Source: Cyanophora paradoxa CCMP329 (lineage: Eukaryota > Plantae > Glaucophyta). From it: a stretch of DNA of 64,000 nt. The position numbers and the translations under genes were made by a program. Positions 57,889-64,000 of this stretch are shown one piece after another (positions within the stretch are counted from its first letter, which is position 1; each line of letters opens with the position of its first letter). The notes under the pieces are model-generated. The model had not been told where the DNA came from. It made no database searches and saw nothing but the letters and a program-made list of their open reading frames with translations. The stretch covers positions 149,947-213,946 of the forward strand of contig QPMI01000088.1 in NCBI GenBank assembly GCA_004431415.1, written 5' to 3'.

Positions 57889-60800
57889 TTAATTAAAAGG
57901 AACAGAATTAATACCATCTGGTAAGATGTATCTCTTTGCATCAAAGCAGTTTAGGGCAACCCTTCTACTCACAGTGTCTATTATTGTGTGATCTGCCCTT
58001 CTTTTCTGCTTTGCAGTCACAGTCTTGCTGATACCTGCAAATAAACACTGCTTAAAATCATTAAATTGGAGTTCCTCAGTTGAAGTCCCAGAGAGCTTAC
58101 TCCTCTCAATCTCAGCAGTTCTGAAACTGTAAACTTTGGCTCTGAGACCCACATACTCCAATATAGCAGAACCTGGCATCTCATTTTTGTATTTACCTGG
58201 GGTCATTCTGTTAGATCCCCCTAGGTCCAAGGCATAAGATATATTCTCTATATCTTTTTGTAAGGTCTTAGATTCGATATATAGACAAAAGGAATCAGTA
58301 TCATGGAACAGTAATTTGGCTTTGGACCATTGGGACCTTACAGTATCATAGAAGAACTGGTAATTATGCAGTTTGGCTGCATCCAAAACATAGGCTCCAA
58401 TGGCAACTGGCTTATCTAGCTTCACATGTTTTGTGTAAAACTCAAAGGCAACTGCTCTTTCGTTTATGGGGCTTGTTGATTTCACCAATGGAGAGGCTGC
58501 ATATTTCATAAACAGTTTCTCACTGTTTGCAATCTTAACCACAGATCTACCTCTGCAAGATTCAATGCATTTCCCATAGATTGAGTTATTCATGAGCTTA
58601 TAGAAATCAGCCTCGAATTTATTCACTGCTTTCCTTCTCATCTCAGTGTTCAGCTCAATATAGGGTTTCATGACAGGAGCCACAGTAAATGATAGGACCC
58701 TGTGAACTTTCTTTAATTTCACACCTTTGTCCAACAGATACTGTAGAAGAGGCTCAGAAATCACATAGTTGGTCACAGAACCAAAGGTTGCAGTTAGCTT
58801 AGGGGTCTTATCAAGCTCTTCTCCTGAAAGATCTAATAGGCTCTTTTGATATTGTGATAATTCGGCATATTCTACTATTTTCTTGTTAATAATTAGGGGG
58901 AAATCACTGTGGTCTAGATATAGCCTAATTGGGTAATCCAGATCAACTTCCAGGAAACTGGATCTGTTATCTTGTGGGTTGAATTCGGTCTCCCATCTAA
59001 AATCACCAACTGGGATTGGCTGACTCAAACAGTAGCCATACAAGTTGTTAGCATCAAACAGCATAATGTGGGAGTTTTCACCATCAGCCTCAGCATACCT
59101 ACAAGGCATTGTTGCAAAGCCACCCCTGATTCCCCTCTCAACAAATTCGTATTGCTCTACATCACTTATAAGCTCTATTTTTGCCTTGGTGGTCCTAAGC
59201 ATAGCATCCCAAGATAACCCAGGTGCAGATACATAATGAACTGGGTCCAATCCATATACTGAGTGTGAAAGCCTTCTAAAAGCCTGGAATTTGTTCATTA
59301 ACTCATCTACATCAGCAGCTCCAAAATCCATGAAATTGCTTGCATCAATGAACTTGTAAAGACCCCATTGCAATGACAGGTATTGATCAAAGTTTTTCGA
59401 AAGGATTTCGATTCGTTTTTTATCTCCCAAGCCTGCTATTTTTCTGAAAATGAATGTCCCACAGTCATCCATTTGGTCAACAACAACTGCAACTTTGGTT
59501 TGCTTTGAGATTCTCCTATGGAGATTGCAGTTTCTGCATGCAGGAGCAATGTAATGACCTGTGTGGTGGTCATGATCTCTGCATTTAAAGTTTTCCTTGG
59601 TGAACCTCTCACTGCAAAGGTAACAGTGTTTGGTAGCTCTGTAAATTGCTTTCTGCTCATCTGTGAGTTCATTCATGGGAATATTGGTGAACAGGAAATC
59701 GATCAGTTCTCTTGCTTTGGATTCCAAGCATTCAAACAGAACTCCCATTGGATCCTGCCCCTCAAATCGAAAATCTTGAACATCTTCCCCAGTGACTACT
59801 CTCAGGTTGACTGCTGAGACTTCCCTTTTGGATTTCGATGCATCAATGGGGATGCTTCTATGTTCAATCTTGCAGTAAACCACAACAGGAAGCCACACAG
59901 TTTTCCTGAGGTTTTTCAGTCCAAACTCTATGGTGGTCTCAGGTTTAGGGGTGATTCCCTTTGAGAGTCTCCAATCAATGCATCTGTTTGAGTCCACATG
60001 AGCAGTGAGTTTAGCCTCAGACCTGAATCGAGATAAGCATGTATCACAGTAGTGTAACTTTTGATCCTTGGTTTTATCAAGGGCAACTCTGAGAAGTCTT
60101 GAAAGGGACATGATTGTAATATAGTGACCATTCCCTTCATCATCATGAATGAGCATGAGATTAATCTTTTGCTTTCTGCCTGGGTTGCTGGATTGATGCA
60201 GTGGATATATAACATCTCCATCCATTCCAAAGATGTTTATGCTAATGCCTGCATTTTGAGCTTCGAATTTATCAATGATTTCAGCATCACAAGGAACAGG
60301 GAATGGGATATTGTCGAAATTGAGAGCCAAAGGATTGTATGTGGTTGGTGAGTATTTCCATTTGCGATATTGTGTAAGCTCACTTCTCTTGTGGGAATTT
60401 ACATCTTTCCTATGGATCCATGCCAAAATGGCATTTTCGAAGCAAGAATCATCAATATTTCGAATATTCACTGTGGCTTTCTTAGCTGCAATTGATTCTG
60501 GTGTTTTAACATAGCAGCCACCAGTTGGGGCATAACTCATAATAGCAACTCTTAGCATTTCGATTCTCTCCAATCGATAGCTATCAACCACATTCATCTG
60601 CTCCTGACACATTTGGGCTGCTTTATTCAGCTCAGTTCGAATATTTCTCGATTTGGTTAATACAAAATAATCGCTGTAAATGTATTTCGATATCCAAACC
60701 TGTGGATTGCTGACTTTTACGAACTTGCAGATAAACGATAAGCGAACTTTGATTGCCCTGAATTGATCTAGACTGTCTCTTAAACGTTTTGGTAGAGAGG

Positions 60801-61134
60801 TTGCAATTCTATCTAAATATTCAATCACATCAACAACAACTTCCCTTCTGGCTCTGTAAGTGAGCCAGCGATATAATTCATTCATTGCTGTTCCATCTTC
60901 TGCCTCTGGTTCTATTTGCCTCAGGCGATCGAGTTCATCAAGAGTCTCAACTTTGTCATAGAGGTTATTGGCTTTTCTGGTTAATTTTGCTAAAGTGGGT
61001 CTGCCCCTTGAAATAAATCCGATTTCCCGGTCATATTCAGCCTCTGTAATTTCATGGGCTGCATACAGTGTTCCCAGTAATCCCATGAGTTCCCATTTCT
61101 TTTCTCTAATAAGTCTGTTGCTAATTCGGGGCAT
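57889..61134 (-). CDS. polB: Protein-primed family B DNA polymerase (Polinton type) with C2H2 finger and EndoVII-like insert; exonuclease degenerate
   Basis: 1081-aa intact ORF with NIRNIDDSCF, HYITIMSLSRL, CDTC..LTAH, CYLC..CRDHDHHTGHY..CRNCNL, YGLDPVHYVSAPGLSWDAM, GIRGG, FDANNLYG, KLMNNSIYGK, HDTDSF, GLRAKVY and FDAKRY. Confidence 0.95.
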   Translation of the reverse strand: MPRISNRLIREKKWELMGLLGTLYAAHEITEAEYDREIGFISRGRPTLAKLTRKANNLYDKVETLDELDRLRQIEPEAEDGTAMNELYRWLTYRARREVVVDVIEYLDRIATSLPKRLRDSLDQFRAIKVRLSFICKFVKVSNPQVWISKYIYSDYFVLTKSRNIRTELNKAAQMCQEQMNVVDSYRLERIEMLRVAIMSYAPTGGCYVKTPESIAAKKATVNIRNIDDSCFENAILAWIHRKDVNSHKRSELTQYRKWKYSPTTYNPLALNFDNIPFPVPCDAEIIDKFEAQNAGISINIFGMDGDVIYPLHQSSNPGRKQKINLMLIHDDEGNGHYITIMSLSRLLRVALDKTKDQKLHYCDTCLSRFRSEAKLTAHVDSNRCIDWRLSKGITPKPETTIEFGLKNLRKTVWLPVVVYCKIEHRSIPIDASKSKREVSAVNLRVVTGEDVQDFRFEGQDPMGVLFECLESKARELIDFLFTNIPMNELTDEQKAIYRATKHCYLCSERFTKENFKCRDHDHHTGHYIAPACRNCNLHRRISKQTKVAVVVDQMDDCGTFIFRKIAGLGDKKRIEILSKNFDQYLSLQWGLYKFIDASNFMDFGAADVDELMNKFQAFRRLSHSVYGLDPVHYVSAPGLSWDAMLRTTKAKIELISDVEQYEFVERGIRGGFATMPCRYAEADGENSHIMLFDANNLYGYCLSQPIPVGDFRWETEFNPQDNRSSFLEVDLDYPIRLYLDHSDFPLIINKKIVEYAELSQYQKSLLDLSGEELDKTPKLTATFGSVTNYVISEPLLQYLLDKGVKLKKVHRVLSFTVAPVMKPYIELNTEMRRKAVNKFEADFYKLMNNSIYGKCIESCRGRSVVKIANSEKLFMKYAASPLVKSTSPINERAVAFEFYTKHVKLDKPVAIGAYVLDAAKLHNYQFFYDTVRSQWSKAKLLFHDTDSFCLYIESKTLQKDIENISYALDLGGSNRMTPGKYKNEMPGSAILEYVGLRAKVYSFRTAEIERSKLSGTSTEELQFNDFKQCLFAGISKTVTAKQKRRADHTIIDTVSRRVALNCFDAKRYILPDGINSVPFN

Positions 61135-61190
61135 TGTTCCTAACTTGTTCCTACTAAAAGGGAGGTTTTAAATGGGGATATTCCGAACGC

Positions 61191-61241
61191 AAAAATTTGA
61201 TGAAAACTACTTAAAGAAATATCTTCTATATATATAAAAGG
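61191..61241 (+). promoter_or_regulatory. Element promoter motif, copy 1
   Basis: AAAAATTTGA...AAACTACTTAAAGAAATATCTTCTATATATATAAAAGG, immediately upstream of ATG 61245. Confidence 0.7.
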
Positions 61242-61244
61242 ACA

Positions 61245-62062
61245 ATGGCAGAGAACAAAGCAACATCTTCTCTGGAACGCTTGAAGGCTACATTAATGTT
61301 TCTTTGTGGATCTAATAACTTTAAAGACTTTGTCGCTTTGGGGAGAAGCAAATATATGAACTCTTTGTATTTGAAACTTGCAAAGTATGATTTGACTCAC
61401 GAAAGCCTTCCTCCACACTCAAACAGCTGTGCTTGCAAGCATCATATTGAAGAACAATGCTACATCTTGCATGTGGATAAAAGATTGTGGTTCTTGTTGG
61501 CAACTGCTGCATTAAACGATTTATGCCAAATGGTGCAAGGAGGGAAGATATATGCAAGAAATGCGGAGATCGACATAAAAACCGTAAGGATAATTTCTGC
61601 AATAAGTGCAGGATTATCATAAAGGAGGAGGAATTGGAAAGAAAAAAGCAAATCCAGAAAGAAGCAGAGGAGCGAAAGAAACAACTTGAATTAGAAGAAA
61701 GAGAGCGAAGGCAGAGAGAATTAGAACAAGAAAGAGCAAGGAATAGACATGCAGTTAATCTTTTCCTGATTTGGTGCAACCAGTTCATTCCAAAAATGGA
61801 TAATCTTCGCAGAGATGATATAGAGAGGTTCAGAGAGGGTAGATCTGCATTGATTGAAATGTATGCAGAACTCAGTACAACAAACACATTGGTTGCTGGG
61901 TTTCAGGTGCCTTTTCTTAAAAAAGATATCGCAAAAGGATTAGATTGCAGATGGAATAAGGACAAGAAAACATGGGAGACCTTGGAAATCGAACCATTTG
62001 TAGCATTGCTAGGTAAGCATTTCAAACTTATGTATATTGAGAGATTTGGACAGAGAGGTTAA
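61245..62062 (+). pseudogene. Cys-rich Zn-binding protein with coiled coil and C-terminal DUF5710-like domain (one frameshift near 61485)
   Basis: Frame 1 ...CACKHHIEEQCYI joins frame 2 VGNCCIKRF..CKKC..FCNKC, then an E/K/R coil and VPFLKKDIAKGLDCRWNKDKKTW. The frameshift may be a sequencing error. Confidence 0.65.
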
Positions 62063-62067
62063 AGAAC

Positions 62068-62102
62068 AAAAAATGATTTAAAGATTCTCTATATATATTA
62101 AG
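62068..62102 (+). promoter_or_regulatory. Element promoter motif, copy 2
   Basis: AAAAAATGATTTAAAGATTCTCTATATATATTAAG, upstream of ATG 62118. Confidence 0.65.
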
Positions 62103-62117
62103 AGAGACAGAGGAAAA

Positions 62118-62371
62118 ATGCCACTCAGTGAAGCCCAGAAGAGAGCTATGAAGAGGTACCAGCAAACTGAAAAAGGTAAGGCTCAAATCAAAAAGTTTAA
62201 CGAAAAAATAGCCACACAGCTAAGAGATCTATATCAAACCGATGATACCTATAGAGCCATGAAATAGCAAGTTCATGTCAGCGAAAGTATGCAGCCAATG
62301 CAGTCTGCTTTGTCAAATATTTGTATGATGTCCCTTACTCAAACAGAGGGAGAAAATCGAAACATGTCTAA
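62118..62371 (+). CDS. Small basic protein (stop at 62267 as written, or ~62371 if a 1-nt deletion is corrected)
   Basis: MPLSEAQKRAMKRYQQTEKGKAQIKK..., preceded by the shared promoter motif. Confidence 0.5.
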
Positions 62372-62506
62372 ATTATTTTTCCCAGCATATTACTAGGCTG
62401 GGGATATGCTGTTTATTCGCTGAAATACCAATTCATCCTTTTTGTATCTGAACCACTCGATATATCATGTGGATAAATTTCGTAGGGATACTTTCTCGAT
62501 TTCCAA

Positions 62507-62575
62507 CAAAAAATGATTGGGGGACCCAAACTACTTAAAGAAAAATCTTCTATATATATAAAGGGACCCCCAATC
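62507..62575 (+). promoter_or_regulatory. Element promoter motif, copy 3
   Basis: AAAAAATGA...AAACTACTTAAAGAAAAATCTTCTATATATATAAAGGG, upstream of ATG 62583. Confidence 0.7.
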
Positions 62576-62582
62576 GCTGAAA

Positions 62583-64000
62583 ATGAACGCCAAACAGACC
62601 AAGTTAATCAAATCGCTCGCTAACTGGCTTCGTTCTGATGAGGAACTCGCCAAAAACATGATTATCCCAGTGAAACCTGACAGCAAAGACCCAGTTTTCA
62701 AGCATAAGGGAGGTGCTTGGTCTGGGAAAAGTATGAGGAAGCGCTGGCAACTAATCAGTATGTATCTTGGGGCATTCTGCTCTCAGACAACATGATGGTT
62801 ATTGACTTTGATGATGAGGAGGACTTTGAGAAATTCCGAGATATGTTTCCTGATGACTTTGATGCCAATCAGCCCATGGCAAAAACTAAAAAAGGCTATC
62901 ATGTCTACTTCAAACGACCTGAGGAGTTCACTAAACTCAAAATTACCGATAAGGCTCCAGGCTTTAAAGGCTTTGAAAAGGTTGACCTGAAACAATCACT
63001 GGAACTGGAACTTCTGGATTAATTAATGTTTGTCCCAGTGTCAACAAGACCTGGGTAATTGCTCCATGGGATGATACCTGTGATTTCAATGAGCCTACTG
63101 ATGAGTTTAAAAGTGGATTGCAGAGAACTATATCTATAAGAGTGAGTATACTGCTAGTGCTAGCTCAATGATGAACTGGAAAAGAGTATTCTTAAAGAGC
63201 TGGTGGATATGGGCTTTATGCATCCAATATAATCTCTAAAACTGAACTTGGCTTTAGCTTTGATGCTGCTAATAAGGGACTCAATTGCCCATGCTGCAAT
63301 GGTTCCCATGAATCGAATAACTGGTATGTTATGAAAGCCAAAGGAGAAGATAAAAAGTATATTGTGTCCAGCTACAGTGGCAATTGCAAAAAACGATTTA
63401 TCTTCATTGGAATGCAATCTGATATCTTCAATCTCATTGATAAATCCGCTGGTTCTGGAGGCGCTCATTATGATGTCAGTCTTGTGTGCAAAGAGGTACT
63501 ACAACATACTTGGAGATACTCCAAAAAGTCATGGTTCAAACTCAATACTGATACTGGGATTTGGGAGCATGATGACACAAACCAAAGATTTACCTAGACA
63601 TAAGTTGCCTTGTTGTCCCTCAATACCTTGGCAGGGCTGTGCATTATAGCCAAAGAGCTTTGAAGGATGAAGAGAATAGAACAGCTTTCGAAGAGAAATC
63701 GAAAACATTAATTTCTATTGCAAAAATCTTAAACAATCAGGATATCGCAAATCCCTTCTGACTGATCTGCTCCTCTGCTGAATGATGATGAATTCTATGA
63801 AAAGATTGATACAGTTCCATATGTAATTGGATTCGATAATGGTGTATTTGATCTGACAACTATGACTTTCAGAAAGGGGAAACTGGAAGATATGGTGAGC
63901 AAGAGTGTGGGTTATGATTATACTGAGAATGTAGACCCAAGAAAGTAGACCATCTCAATCAGATTTATAGAGAGATTGTAGATGATCCAGCAGAGCGAAA
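62583..64000 (+). pseudogene. PrimPol (AEP superfamily) - Zn finger - D5_N primase-helicase, frameshifted, partial
   Basis: Reassembled frames give IIPVKPDSKDP, WGILL..VIDFDD, TKKGYHVYF, LINVCPS, CPCCNGSHESN and D5_N-like IGFDNGVFDLTTMTFRKGKLEDMVSKSVGYDY. There are several 1-nt frameshifts (~62722, ~62992, ~63110 and later). The helicase core is expected beyond 64000. Confidence 0.85.

Larger units (their letters stand above)
54860..64000. mobile_element. Endogenous Polinton/Maverick- or PLV/virophage-like element (partial; continues past window end)
   Basis: Sharp GC-to-AT transition at ~54,860, intron-less tightly packed ORFs, RVE integrase + pPolB + PrimPol-D5 helicase, a hairpin-rich terminal region and a shared promoter motif. 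The left boundary is approximate. Confidence 0.88.

Noticed and set aside
62381-62411. Hairpin after the small ORF as a Mimivirus-type polyadenylation hairpin
   Set aside because: Only an 8-bp stem (CAGCATAT/ATATGCTG), and no equivalent was seen after the other element genes.
54860-64000. Bacterial or organellar contamination
   Set aside because: The gene set (Polinton-type PolB, c-integrase, D5-like primase) is typical of eukaryotic integrating DNA viruses, and no Shine-Dalgarno pattern or organellar genes are evident. The junction still needs read support.

Overview
Eukaryotic nuclear DNA in two compartments. (1) About 1-54,860 is very GC-rich and gene-dense, with many short (~50-80 nt) introns, so most long entries in the ORF track are shadow ORFs. 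The Phe-containing plastid transit peptide and intron style suggest a glaucophyte-like alga such as Cyanophora (inference). Exon fragments support these genes: two soluble-adenylate-cyclase-like tandem-cyclase/STAND/TPR genes, a Dpy-30-GST fusion, an LPAAT/LCLAT acyltransferase, a plastid DUF493 protein, a WD40-UBR-PHD fusion, an EF-hand membrane protein, a Cys-repeat protein, a bacterial-type TIR-TM-WD40 protein, an Asn-synthase-like-DUF924 fusion and a coiled-coil protein. Two copies of a ~95-bp element that folds into a Y-shaped GNRA-capped structure sit between genes, each flanked by its own 14-15-bp target-site duplication. (2) From ~54,860 to the end the sequence switches abruptly to AT-rich, intron-less DNA: an endogenous Polinton/PLV/virophage-like element, truncated by the window edge. 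It has a ~1.6-kb terminal region of stacked iteron-bearing hairpins, an intact RVE integrase, an intact protein-primed PolB whose proofreading exonuclease looks mutated and partly deleted, a Zn-finger/DUF5710 gene and a frameshifted PrimPol-D5 primase-helicase. A shared TCTATATATA promoter motif precedes its rightward genes. No capsid gene is visible in the window. Host gene boundaries are approximate, read by eye from exon fragments.
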